From assembly GCF_001194135.2 (NCBI RefSeq), contig NC_068991.1, forward strand, positions 43,651,018 to 43,715,017: 64,000 nt of DNA, read 5' to 3'. The notes below the pieces were generated by a model that saw only the letters and a program-made list of their open reading frames with translations, did no database searches and was not told the origin of the DNA. The translations under genes and the position numbers were made by a program. This document shows positions 38,396-50,792 of this stretch, one piece after another. The stretch's first letter is position 1. Each line of letters begins with the position of its first letter. The stretch comes from Octopus bimaculoides (Eukaryota).

Positions 38396-39911
38396 GTATG
38401 TCTGAAGATCAAAATTTTTTGTTCTCACACAGGACTGTACTCCTTTCAGGAAAATGGCCTTGCTTGATATATAGAAAAGATAGAAATTTCATATAGACAG
38501 AACTTCCATATAGTGCACTCAGTACAGAGGTAAAGTGGTATCACAGGAAGTTTAAAAGAGAAAGTAGATTTTGTATTTGATAGATGTGCAAGAGTAATAA
38601 ACAGTAAGAACACATAAGAAATAGATTTTCTTGAATTCCCAAGGTTGTTCCCTTGAGATTGTAGATTGTTTCATGACCTTAGTGACCTAATTAGCAGTGG
38701 AAGAGGGTATTCTAAATGTATAAACTCAAATGTTCACACTGATGCAAAATAGGTTTTCAAAAAGTATAAGATGCTATATAATATGCAGTAGAATTAAGAG
38801 GCTTGTTCTAGTTTAATTATGCTAAAAATTAATTACCAATATGAACAAAGAAGAAATGAATATATGAGACAAATACAATGTTGGGTAACAACCAAAGGAG
38901 TATGATTGTGAATACAAGTGGCCGAAATATAGTTCCTCCAAAAGGGTCTCTGGATTAATGTTACTCAGCAGGGTGCATAGCTCAGAGATCAAGGATCCTC
39001 TCCAGGTTGAACTGTTACTTCTCTGCACTGAGAGATCACAGCTCTGATACTATGGACATGTAATTAGAATGTTGCAGGAAAGAATCACAAGACATTCTTC
39101 AAGCTGAGCCAACCAGCAGGAAACCAAGGGATAGATAGACCAAGAACGGGATGGTTGGATAATATCCATAGTTTTGGGAACCCATCCAGAAAGTGTAATG
39201 ATGGTTGCTTCTGACAGGCACCACCCAAACCCCTGTGATACTTCCAGGAATAGTGTGTGGAGAAAATGAATGGATGGAATACAACAAGCATTTAAAAAAA
39301 AATCTCAAGTCTGTCAGAGCTTGTTTCTCAAAACATAAGTATAAATGAAAAGAGTACTTTATGGTTCAAACAAATAAAGATATTTACTATGTAAATGGTA
39401 TTGTTTCTATATATGAATTTTACTGAAAGGTTAATGAAAATTGACTTATTTCTAAGAAAGTATCTGTTTCTGCCTGCAATCCAGAAACCCAAACCTGTTT
39501 TCATGGTGGACTGCAAGCAAACAGTACTGTCCACAGCAAAGCCATTGTTTACAACCTGTGAACACGTGTGAAGATAAAGACAAAAGGGAATATGAACTCA
39601 CTCACTCATACATGTGACAAGTTTCTTTTTGTTTCTGTCTACTTAATCCACTCACAAAGCTTTGGTTGACCCAGGGCTATTGTAGAAGACATTTGCTCAA
39701 TGTGCCATGCAGTGTGGCTGAACCTTAAATAGCATTGTTACATAACAAACTTTTTAACTATAAGCCATATCTGCACCTTATATGCTTTTAATATTTAAAT
39801 TCTTGTTTCTCATTTACCATCTGTAGTTGTGTCATGAAACATTGGTTTCTTTAGATTATTATTTCCCATAGTATTTATACTTCATAAAAACTAATTTTTT
39901 TTATTTAAAAG

Positions 39912-40073
39912 GTGTGTTGCTATGGAGAGGCTTTCAGTTAGATGAGTTCATGAACCAATGCTATGGCAATAATGAAGATGTTGGAAGAGGAAGACAAATG
40001 CCAGTCCATTACGGCTCTAAGAACCTTAACTTTGTTACTATATCCTCAACTTTAGCCACACAAATGCCACAAG
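39912..40073 (+). CDS. BCKDHA: BCKDHA exon 4
   Basis: aaag|GT GTG...CAA G|gtttg; contains [30 protein letters not shown]; 162 nt. Confidence 0.97.
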
Positions 40074-40151
40074 GTTTGTTTAATCAAATGGAAAATTTCT
40101 GTCTTCTGATCCAAATTTTTCTTGAGACAATTGCATTATTATCATAGGTTT

Positions 40152-40194
<43 letters not shown>

Positions 40195-40981
40195 GACTTT
40201 ATTTTGTACTGGTTTGGGATTGAGGGATCAGTAATGCTGTCAATTTCACCCATGCCAGTGGCACATAAAGAAACACCCACTACACTCTCAGAGTGTCTTG
40301 GCATTATGAAGGGCATCAAGCTGTAGAAACCTTGCCAGATCAGATTGGAACCTGATACAGCATGCCAGCTTACCAGTTTTCAGTAAAACTGTTCAACCCG
40401 TGCCAGCATGGAAATCGGACGTTAAATAATGATGATGATGAGCTTTAACAATTTTTGCACAGATCTAAAGTTTAACTTATTAAAATTTTCTTTTTTCTTG
40501 GCCAATCTTTCAACTACTTTTACTAACCTTGCATTTTTAAGGTTACATTACACTACCTTGTTCCAACTCTTCTTCAATTAAACAATGTTTCACTGTCTGC
40601 TCTGACTTTCGATGATTTGATCTCGACCTCATTCTGAGTATTCTTCAAGTGATTTGTTTCAATTAACCTTTTTTTTTTTTAATATGTATGTGATTTAGGG
40701 GAAACACAGGAACTCTCTTCAGTGGCTCATGTTAGAACATATTCTAAAGTGTTGTGTCTTTTCTAAAGCTGACCATTTGACTTTGTAGCTGCTATCTTTT
40801 TGTCTTCTTCCTTCAAAAAAAAAAAAAGCTATATCAAGGCACAACACAATTTTAACTCCTGAACTTTGAATCAAAAGCTCTACATTTTTATCATAATTAT
40901 TAAAGTATTATTATTATAATTTTTGTAATGAGCCCTTCCAAAATTCCTTTATGTTATTTTCCATTCCTGTTCTATTTACAG

Positions 40982-41126
40982 CTTCTGGTGCAGCTTATGC
41001 TTACAAACGTGCACAGAATGGTAAGTGTGTTATTTGCTATTTTGGTGAAGGTGCTGCTTCAGAAGGAGATGCTCATGCTGCATTCAATTTTGCTTCTACT
41101 TTAGATTGTCCTGTGATATTCTTCTG
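40982..41126 (+). CDS. BCKDHA: BCKDHA exon 5 (first half of the ThDP-binding motif)
   Basis: tacag|CT TCT...TTC TG|gtaag; [49 protein letters not shown]; 145 nt. Confidence 0.97.
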
Positions 41127-41454
41127 GTAAGTTCTGCTGCAAAGCTCCAAGATTTATTGCTTCCATTAATTTTTTTTAAAATTTGAATTTACTGAGATTG
41201 TTTGGCTGGTATCATTAAGCAATAAATTCCATTACAGGAAATGAAAGACATTTTTTTTCAATTTGATAACTTTATAAACCTAGAATATACAATTTAATAT
41301 GTAATGGTATCCTTTGTCATTAGCACTATGTTGTTGCATAATTGCAGTCAGTTCTGATACAGAGATAGCTCACTGACTGGCTGAGAGTGACTCATCTAAC
41401 ACACTAAATATGTCATGCTTTCATTTCACTTAGAACAATGTTATGCTTTCCATT

Positions 41455-42570
41455 ATGCTCATCATCATCCTCGTCATCATTTAATGTCCACTTTCCATGC
41501 TGGCATGGGTTGAACAGTTTGATTGAGGGCTGGTGAGCCAGAAGGCTGCACCAGCTCCTATCCAATCTGGCAATGTTTCTGCAGCTGGATGCCCTTCCTA
41601 ATGCCAACCACTCCGAGAGTGTAGTGGGTGCTTTTTATGTGCCACTGGCACGAGGGCCAGTTAGGTGGTACTGGCATCATCCATGCTCGAATGGTGCTTT
41701 TACGTGTCAATTAGGCAGTACTGTCATCAACCACGACAACAACTTCACTTACCTCAAGAGGTCTTCGCAAACACAGTTTATTGCCCAATGATTGAAAGGT
41801 ACTCTTAAATGGGTTGGTTATGCTGCACTGGCATAGGCCACGGTTACAGTCTCACTTGGTTTGCCAGGTCTTCTCAAGTACAGCATATCTCTAAAGGTCT
41901 CAGTTACCCGTCATCACCTCAGTGAGGCCCAACATTTGAAGGGTTAGGGTCTTTCTGGGTCTGCCTCTTCCACAGGTTCCCTCTACTGCTAGGATGCAAC
42001 ACTTTTTCACACAGCTATCCTCATCCATTCGCAACACATGACTATACCAGCGCAATTGTCTCTCTTGCACACCACATCTGATGCTTCTTATGTTCAACTT
42101 TTCTTTCAAGGTGCTTACACTCTTTCGTGTATGCACACTAACATTACACATCCAGCGAAGCATACTAGCTTCATTCTTTGCAAGCTTACATATGTCCTCA
42201 GCAGTCATGTTCCAAGTTTCACTGCCATGTAGTATGGCTGTTCGTACACATGTCATACAGTTTATCTTTTACTCTGAGCAAGAGGCCCTGTCACCAGCAG
42301 AGGTAGGAGCTCTCTGAACTTTGCCCAGGCTATTCTTATTCTAGCAGCTACAGTCTCAGAGCAGCCAGCCCCGCTACTGATTTGGTCACCTAGGTAATGG
42401 AACCTATCAACTACTTGTTTTTTCCCCTGGAATGTGATGGAAACTGTTTTCTGCACATTTTCAGTGTGCCCCTGAGCATTTGCCACACAAAAACTATCTT
42501 CTCAGTTAATCTTCCTTTGATATTGCTGCACCTCTTATATGTCCATAGCTTACACCAGTACACTTAGTAA
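41455..42570 (-). mobile_element. RTE LINE, 5'-truncated, in BCKDHA intron 5
   Basis: ORFs 42262-42486 and 41900-42256 (LHGSETW, RWMCNVS, GRGRPRKT); 3'UTR and (GAT)n tail at 41455-41480. Confidence 0.85.
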
Positions 42571-42860
42571 GCTAATACAGACGTGTGGTATCACTGGATA
42601 TAAGAACAAAAAAAGTGCCAATTAACCCAAGTAGAAGGAACCTGTGAGAGAGAAAGACTAAAGTAGATATGAAAAGAAGTGGTTAAAGATTTTGGGAGGC
42701 TGAACCTTATGAAAAAGATGACCAGCAAATAGAGAGATGCTGTGCTGAGGAACTCCTGCAAACATCAGCAAACAAATATAAAAGTGAGAAAAATGTGTGT
42801 GCATTTTTTTTGTTTTTATAATGTTTTATGGAATAAAGAATATTTCATTTCTCTTTTCAG

Positions 42861-42922
42861 TCGAAATAATGGTTATGCTATTTCAACACCAACCAGGGAC
42901 CAGTATCGAGGAGATGGAATTG
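42861..42922 (+). CDS. BCKDHA: BCKDHA exon 6
   Basis: ttcag|T CGA...ATT G|gtaaat; [20 protein letters not shown]; 62 nt. Confidence 0.97.
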
Positions 42923-43285
42923 GTAAATGCTTTACTATTTCCTTTTTAATAGATTAAATTCAGTTTACTTTATTACCTGACAGAGAGAATAACATGAATA
43001 TCACATAATTTCATTTCTTCATCACTATCTGAAGCTTGGTGCCTATGCAAGAAATCATTATTATTTGGCAGACATTGCAAGGCATTGGACTAAATTCCTT
43101 CAGGAATCAATAAAAAATAATTATCAGTAATGTACTGGGATAAATTCAATCAACTAAACTCCTCTCCTATCAATCTATGGCCTTGTGCCAAACTTCAAAA
43201 TTAATTATAATGTTGTTATTATTAATTGATGAAGATTGTAACCTTTCATGAAGATAAATACACAATTTGAAGAATACATTATGTA

Positions 43286-44769
43286 ATAAAACACAGATTG
43301 AGTTTGTTTATTGAACTGAGCAATATTTCAACAGTATGCCTGACATCTTCAGGTTCAATATAAGACAAGAATAATGAACAATGAGAAATACAAAAATTCA
43401 ACTTGATTATCCTGTGTTCCTTCCTTGACAAAAAAGATGTTTGCCTTGTTCACGACTAGAAGTAAAGAAAATGGAAGAGAACTCTTAATCAAAAAGTTTG
43501 TCTAATCTGATGGAACTCTGTTGTATTTTTGTTTATCCCTTCTCAATGTGTGCTGCTAGTAACTTGCAAATATATTTATTTTCATGTATTTTAAGGACTG
43601 AAAGTTTAGTGAATTCAGAATATTTTCTGAAAATGTGTACTTTAAAGGTTCACCAAAGGTACAATTGTTTGATGTAAAATGCTTGGCAAGTTCCCTTAAA
43701 GTACTGTTATTGTGCTCAACATCATACCTATGCCCATTGATAACATCTTTTTTTTTTTTTTTTTGAAGGATTGTCTAGTTGGATTTTTACATTACTGTGA
43801 CAGCTTTGCACAAAACTCAGGTTTTAAGTTGAACACAAAATTCTCATCCAGTTTTTCAAAACTAGTGTTGATATTTTGAACAAAAAAGTAGTTTTCAGAA
43901 GGCCAAATAGTGACTGAACTATTTTGAAAACCCACTTGTGTTTTCACCACAATTCTGATCATTCACACCATATGATTGTCAAATTCAAAATCCCACTTTT
44001 GCGAATAAAATTGATTTGTTCTGACATAGATTATTGGAAATGTCATATGGGGTTTTAGTGAATCATGATTAAAGGAAATTGCAAATGACACAGCTAAAAT
44101 TAATGAATGTCAGACTTTCATGCCTAATTATAGTGGTAAAATTTTTGATCAAATTCTTTTAGTTAACTGGCACTGAGATTTTGGGGTCAATTCAAAAGTA
44201 TTGCCTGACAGTCATCATTTCACAGAAGTAGCTTTGATTCAAAGAAATATTTCTTCATCTACCTACTGTTGCTTTTTGACATAACAAAAATGTAAGACAA
44301 ATATTAACTAGTACTTCTGATAATAAAGGAAAATTCCATTGGAGTTTCTGAATGCGGAACCCTTAAAAACAGTTGCAGGAGAGGTAAGCCCTATTCATTA
44401 TGCAGCACCTTGAGTCAGGTCAACTCCATCACAAATTCTAAAAGAAATATAATTTATGCAGAAAGTGGGACCTGTAACAACTCCCAAACACAACTTAATT
44501 TATGTTGGTTACACAAAAAGAAAAATTAAGCAAAAAGATTTAATAGGCATAGGTATGACATCAGGCATAATACTACTTTGATGATGCTTTGAAGACAACT
44601 GTATGACAGACACCATAAAATACACATTCTTTGAAAATATTCTGACTTCACTGAACTTACAGTTTTTTTCATTTTTCATTATTCTTGTCTTATTTTGAAC
44701 CTGAAGGAGACAGATGTGCTGCTGAAATATTCTTCAGTTCAATAAACAAAAAGTTAATCTGTGTTTTAT
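43286..44769 (+). mobile_element. Penelope-like element (RT thumb, linker, GIY-YIG) with inverted terminal repeat, in BCKDHA intron 6
   Basis: Plus-strand relics: KPT..FHHNSDHSHH..IP.LRI..ICSD, NYSGKIFDQ, PTVAF*HNKNVRQILTS, NIIYA and KHNLIYVGYTKRKLS/RFNRHRYDI. About 110-bp inverted repeats lie at 43286-43395 and 44655-44769. Confidence 0.75.
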
Positions 44770-44820
44770 AAAATATCATGTTCATCTAATTGTACATTAT
44801 AATAATTAATATTTGTATAG

Positions 44821-44962
44821 CATCTCGAGGCCCTGGTTATGGAATGGCAACTGTGCGTGTTGATGGCAATGATGTATTTGCTGTATACAATGCAACAAAA
44901 GCTGCTCGCAATGTGTGTCTAAATGAAATGAGACCAGTCTTAATTGAAGCTATGACTTATCG
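44821..44962 (+). CDS. BCKDHA: BCKDHA exon 7
   Basis: tatag|CA TCT...TAT CG|gtaag; [48 protein letters not shown]; 142 nt. Confidence 0.97.
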
Positions 44963-45501
44963 GTAAGTCATAAACTAATTATAGTTTATTGTCTGTAGAG
45001 TAGATGGGGATAATTCTGATATCTTAATTATAGTTGTTATAGTTTCTGAACCTAAGTGATGTCTTTATTGATGTCATCATTATCATTAATTCTCAATTAA
45101 TGCCACTTTCACTGTTACTGTCATTGTCTTCATTTTCATTTCATTATCATCACATTCTCATATTGACCATCGTAATCATCATTACAGCTGCATTACCATT
45201 TTCATTTTCACCATCACTTTGTAAGTATTTTTGTAACTTCATCATCAGATATTTTACTCTTTCTTTTACTAAGCAGTCAACAAGGAGCTTGATAGAGAAG
45301 CTAAGCTAGAATAAAACTTCTCTTGTAGTTTTCCCACTATGACAAGAGTGTCGGTAGTACCCACCAAAATAAGTGTTTTCATATGCAGTAAAATAGTAAA
45401 TAAAAGGTTCACTACACATGTAGAGTCAAATATTTTTCTTAATTTTTTGCCAATGATTTTGAAGTTTATTAGTTGTCATGCTTTAATCATTTATCTTTCA
45501 G

Positions 45502-45673
45502 TATTGGTCACCACAGCACATCAGATGATAGCTCAGCCTACCGGTCAGTTGATGAGGTAAACTATTGGGATAAAGAAGATCATCCTATTGCTAGACTAAG
45601 AGCCCATATTGTCTCTCGAGGTTTATGGAATGATGATAAGGAGAAGTCATGGAAACGTATTACAAGAAAGAGA
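45502..45673 (+). CDS. BCKDHA: BCKDHA exon 8 (phosphorylation loop)
   Basis: ttcag|T ATT...AGA|gtaaga; [29 protein letters not shown] retains both serines that BCKDK phosphorylates in mammals; 172 nt. Confidence 0.97.
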
Positions 45674-47796
45674 GTAAGAATGGATTTTTGTTGTCTTCAC
45701 TTTTTCAAGTTGTCTCTTGCTATCTGTGATTGTAACATATGTGAGTCTTTAGGAAATTTTATTTTCCTAATATTGTGGAAATCTAATGTTCATTGCAGAA
45801 GTCATGTGAATTACATCTGCAACACAATCCTTATTTTCACTGTATAATTGTAAGCAATAGTTGTGATGTTGCTTCTTGGTTATTAAATCAAATTATAAGT
45901 ACAGGTATGGTAGTACAGTTAAGAAGTTTGCACTCCAACTATATAGTTATGAGTTCAGTTCCACTATGTGGTACCTTGAGTAAGGTCTACAGTTACAGTT
46001 CTGTGTTTGTGTATAATGTCTCCTTGTCTTGACATTGCATGATTGTTGTAAATGAGCATCACTATCATACTAGCAGTGTCCTTCATTTCCAATCTTTCAA
46101 GAAAACATGTCCAACCAAGGAGAATTATTACCTGACTTGGAAACATGGCATCTTCACATAAAAAATCCACCCCATGTAAGCATGGAAAAGCATATGTTGA
46201 AATGATGATGATCTATACTATTGTGTAGAAGCATTTATTCTGTTCCTGTATGGAAAAGAACCTAATTGCTCTTAAGTTTCCTAAAGACTTCAGATATGAT
46301 ACAACAGCTAATGTACAAGGAAAGCACTTCAGCCTAATTTGTCAAGTTGGTAACTGAAATGTGGTACCTTACAACTGATATTTCTCATCCAAATACGACT
46401 GTTACACTAGTATTGAAATTTTCTCTTCTGTAACTGTGAAATACATTTTCAAGTTCTTATATAAGGATATGAATGTACACAGATGCAAAAACATTAGTGA
46501 CTTTTTTTATCTATTATAAAATTGTGCAGTATATAAATGGTTGTCATGCCAGGGCTCTGGAAGTGGTGTGTAATGCAAAAGGTATGATAGATCATTTGCT
46601 GTGATTTGTCTTAAAATACATCTTGAATATCAACTTGTTCACTTTCCAAACTAGTTCACTTTCTTGAATATCAACTAGTTCACTTTCCAAAAGGTAATGA
46701 AAGAGAGGCATCTTCAAAATGCCCAAAGCATAAACACACCCTTCATGACGTGACTCAGAGGAAATGAAACTGGTTAAGCTGCCAAACTGAAATTCCCTAC
46801 AGTTGTCTTGAAAATAAAGAATATGTATAAGAGATTAAATAATCCTTAGAGTTATGCATCCAAAGCAGACAGACGAAATTTCATGTCAGATTATTATAAG
46901 TTAGTGATTATTAATAAAGGATTGATAATTTCACTCATAGACTTATAATGCCAGGGAGAAGGCATAAAGAATATATTTAAATGATCATACTTTAAAAGAA
47001 ATTGGATAAGGATATAAACTATCTTTATACCATCATTTTTGACAGCCTAAGCTGTAATTTTTGTATAATTATGTATTGTTAATATAACAATACATAAAGA
47101 CGGGTATTGTTCCTGTGGTTTTCCACCCTTATGTATCTATTTTTACTATAAGATATATATTTATATACACATACGCATATATGTGGATGAATATGTATAG
47201 AGAAAAAGAGCTAAAATATTTGTTTAGTAAAATAACTTTGACTGTGTGCATACACACATGGATAGTTGATCTTATCTGTAAAAAAAAATATATATATTAT
47301 GACCATTATTCTTTAATAATTATACTTGTGACACAATGACTATGTTATTAAGGTTCTCAACTAGGGGCCAATATGGTCATGGACCATTGTAGAACTATTT
47401 TCTTATGTTGCTGGTAATGCACATAACCTGTCTTGCCTCAGTATGCTTTGTCAATAATGAGCTCTATTTATTTATTCTAAAGTGATTAGTTGTAAGAACA
47501 TGCAGTTATGAAACCAGTTGTCCTAATTATTTGAAATACCCACATTTGCTATGAAAATCTAATCCTATTTCTGCATATAAAAATATTGAAGATTGTGAGA
47601 GCAAGACTTGCAATTAATAAACTAGTGTTCTCTCTATGAAGTAATTTATAACTCATTTGCTTTGCAGTATGATCTGTTATATACAAACTCTGTTAACCTC
47701 TGTTAATCAGTGAAAATAATAAGGTATAAGGGGTAACAAATATAATGATTGCCACAGTTTATTTGTGAAATTCAAAAAATTTGTTGCTATTTTCAG

Positions 47797-47979
47797 GTAC
47801 TGGAAGCGTTCTCAAAAGCAGAAGCACGAAAGAAGTGTAACCCAGAGTCAATGTTTGATGATGTCTATGATGTGGTTCCAGATCATATTCAAAAACAGAG
47901 AATGGAAATGAAAATGCATGTTAATCAATACAAAGAACACTATCCTTTAAAATTGTTTGACAAAATGTCAGGTTTATAG
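47797..47979 (+). CDS. BCKDHA: BCKDHA exon 9 (terminal coding exon)
   Basis: ttcag|GTA...TTA TAG; VLEAFSKAEARKKCNPESMFDDVYD...HYPLKLFDKMSGL*. The nine exons sum to 1332 nt = 443 aa + stop, and all phases are consistent. Confidence 0.95.
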   Translation, partial: VLEAFSKAEARKKCNPESMFDDVYDVVPDHIQKQRMEMKMHVNQYKEHYPLKLFDKMSGL

Positions 47980-50341
47980 CCAGAAAATTTAGTCTTTTTT
48001 TTTTTTTGTATTTTTTTACCAATTTTATTTTGAAATACTTCAAGACAGAGTCTGACGTGATTTCATAAAGTCAAATGAAATAAAGTTTAAAATAGATTTT
48101 CACTTTAATCAGTGATTTTTTTTTTTTTTTTTTTTTTTTTTTGAATGGTCAATGGTGTTGTAATCATTAAAAAGAATTAAAATAGTAGGAAACAATGTTA
48201 GCACTTCTGGAAGACATCAACAATAAAAGATATAACATATCAAAATTCTGTCATTTTGCATGGAAAAACATGGAAAAATTTGGGGAAAAAAACTAATGAA
48301 GAATAAAGGTGTAATTAAACTGTTGCAACCTCAGAGTATACAATACTTCTGATAATATAAAATATGCTGCTACACACATGCACACATACATGCATGTGTA
48401 TTATTTTATTGCTTTCAGTGATCAGGTTTGCAGATGGCTGGGAGCCTGCTTTTAAGATAATTTTATCAATTTTAGTACTTACTTGTTTGAATTTCATTGA
48501 TTGATATTTATTAAATCACAAAGTCAAGTTTTTTGATACTACTCTTGGTTTAACAACCATAAACATGAACACAGAAATAAAAATACTTACATGCATGTGT
48601 TTTCTTTGTGCATTTTTCAAGATGTTAGTTAATTGTAGGCTGCATTTGAAGATGGTTGCTCAGTTTGTTGGGCAGTGGGATCAAACTGGGACTACATGCT
48701 TGTGAAACCAACTTAACTACATAACTATGTCTGTGCATTTATTATAATGCAATATATGTATACACACATACGTACACATATATATGCAGGTATGGCTATG
48801 TGGTTATGTGTTTGTTCCTACTGCATGGATGTTCTCTGCTGATGTCTTCAATACCCACCAATGAGGGGAGTTTGGTAAATGGAAATTATAAGATGCCTGT
48901 TTGTGTGCTTTTGTGTGTGTGTTTTGTCTTTCATCTTGTGTTGACACATGCATGCTAATTCTTAAGCCACTATCAAACTAATGGTATCCTTTGTGAAAGC
49001 ATGTCCAACCAATAAGCTAGTCATTGTTTGAAGGATTAGGGGAAATATTTGATACGAAGAGTATCTGGCATAACAATTTTCGTTAGATCTATGTAAGCAT
49101 GAAAAAGTATTAAAATGATGAAAAAATATTATTTAAATTTATGGAAACATATAGTTCTAAGAAGCACAGTAGACTTGTATAGACTACATGTCTATACAAG
49201 ATACTTTTTCAAGATAGATACTGCAGTATTCTGGCTTAAATGTACAGATGGCTATTCAGTATTAATGCTGCTTCAGTCACTAATTATAAACAATATATAT
49301 ATATCTGTAATAATAAATGGCAAGTTTGTGTGTTTGTGAATTTGTTACTTTAACTCCTCCGACACTATCCAACAGACCTTGATGAAACTTGACGTGTGTA
49401 GAGCTTATGCCCATGTGGTCACTTACATACTTGCAATTTTTTAAAAATTGATTTTTTAAAAATTGTAAAATTTCAGCATTTTTCACACTAGCCACTGTAA
49501 CTTCAACAGACAGCTTATTAACAGTAATCTATTAAGCATTTGCTAATTCTTCATTGTAATGGGAATTGTTTTGATTTGCTAAAACTTACTATTTTAATTC
49601 ATTGTTTTAATTCCCCAGTGTTTCAGGATTTGATTAGGTAAGACCATTTTATTTCTCAAGCAAAATTTAAGCATTTTGCACACTAGCTGTCATGACATCA
49701 ATTTGACGAAATCTGCCCCAAAGCATAAAATTTCACCATTTTACGCACATGCACCAAAATGACAGCACAGGTTCGCTACCAGACTCTGCTCATTTTTTCA
49801 AAGTCAAATTGGTCCCACCCATTAATATAGATTTTAATCTTTTTGGAAAATGTTGAAATTTGGCAAAAAATGTTTCATGGCTATAAACAGACATCTTATT
49901 AATGGTAATTTTTTACTGGGTACCTCAGCTAGTATATANNNNNNNNNNNNNNNNNNNNNNNNNNNNNNNNNNNNNNNNNNNNNNNNNNNNNNNNNNNNNN
50001 NNNNNNNNNNNNNNNNNNNNNNNATATATATATATATAATAGATAGAAGTAGTGTTATTTTGAATGAAGTAGTATAACAGTTAACTGATACTTAGAATTC
50101 CATGTGTAGCCAAATTTCAATCCAGTATTAAACATTATTTGTCCTGTGATTTTGGTTTGATATTATATACATTTGAATAACTGACAGCTTGTATATCTGA
50201 CGGCAGAATAAAACAGAATTATTTTATGTTTTTATGACATCATAAATTATGTAATCCTTACACTTGCAAATATTAGAAGGTTATACAGAAATCATTACAC
50301 TGGTGATTGCATAAACACCAGATCTTCAAAAGAATACTGTA

Positions 50342-50437
50342 ATTCAATCAATTATTCCTGTTCTATATGGCATAGTAGTTAAGAGCGCAGCTACTAACAC
50401 CAAGATTCCAAGTTTGATTCCAAGCAGTGACCTGAAC

Positions 50438-50468
<31 letters not shown>

Positions 50469-50610
50469 TCGAAAAAAACCCATAGGAATGAGAACACAGG
50501 TTTGAAATTTCCCCAAGACACCTGATGAAGGCTGGAGGGTATATCAGTCAAAACATTAACAACAAACAAGATGAGGACAAATATTCGTCAAATATAAATA
50601 ATGTCAAGCA
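50342..50610 (+). mobile_element. tRNA-headed SINE-like element with (AAT)n spacer and a decayed hammerhead tail
   Basis: A-box-like TGGCATAGTAG (50368), B-box-like AGTTTGATTCC (50411), (AAT)n, then ACAC-CTGATGA-A-GGCTG..CAGTC-AAAA-CATT (50518-50557). Confidence 0.55.
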
Positions 50611-50792
50611 ATTATTATTTACCAATATAGCTTGTTTAACAGTGCTAAAGTACAGTTGTGTATAAATGTAAGGGAGAATTATTTTTGCAGTAGTTGAGAA
50701 AAGGAAAGCTATTATTTTTATCAGTGTTATTCTGCTCTCAGAATAACATTGTATCTTCCAAATTCACTCACAAAGCCTTGGTTGGCCTATGA

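Noticed and set aside
37951-38496. 181-aa ORF treated as a standalone gene
   Set aside because: It is BCKDHA exon 3 with open intronic flanks; the splice sites delimit 38200-38395.
47980-48600. Specific BCKDHA polyadenylation site
   Set aside because: There are several AATAAA hexamers (about 48079, 48222, 48302, 48575) in AT-rich sequence and I cannot choose between them without transcripts.
49320-49935. Repeat-like block resembling non-autonomous DNA or Helitron elements
   Set aside because: No termini, TSD or second copy is visible in the window, so it cannot be classified.
50366-50425. tRNA gene (also other A/B-box heads)
   Set aside because: There is no acceptor stem or complete cloverleaf, and they run into SINE bodies.
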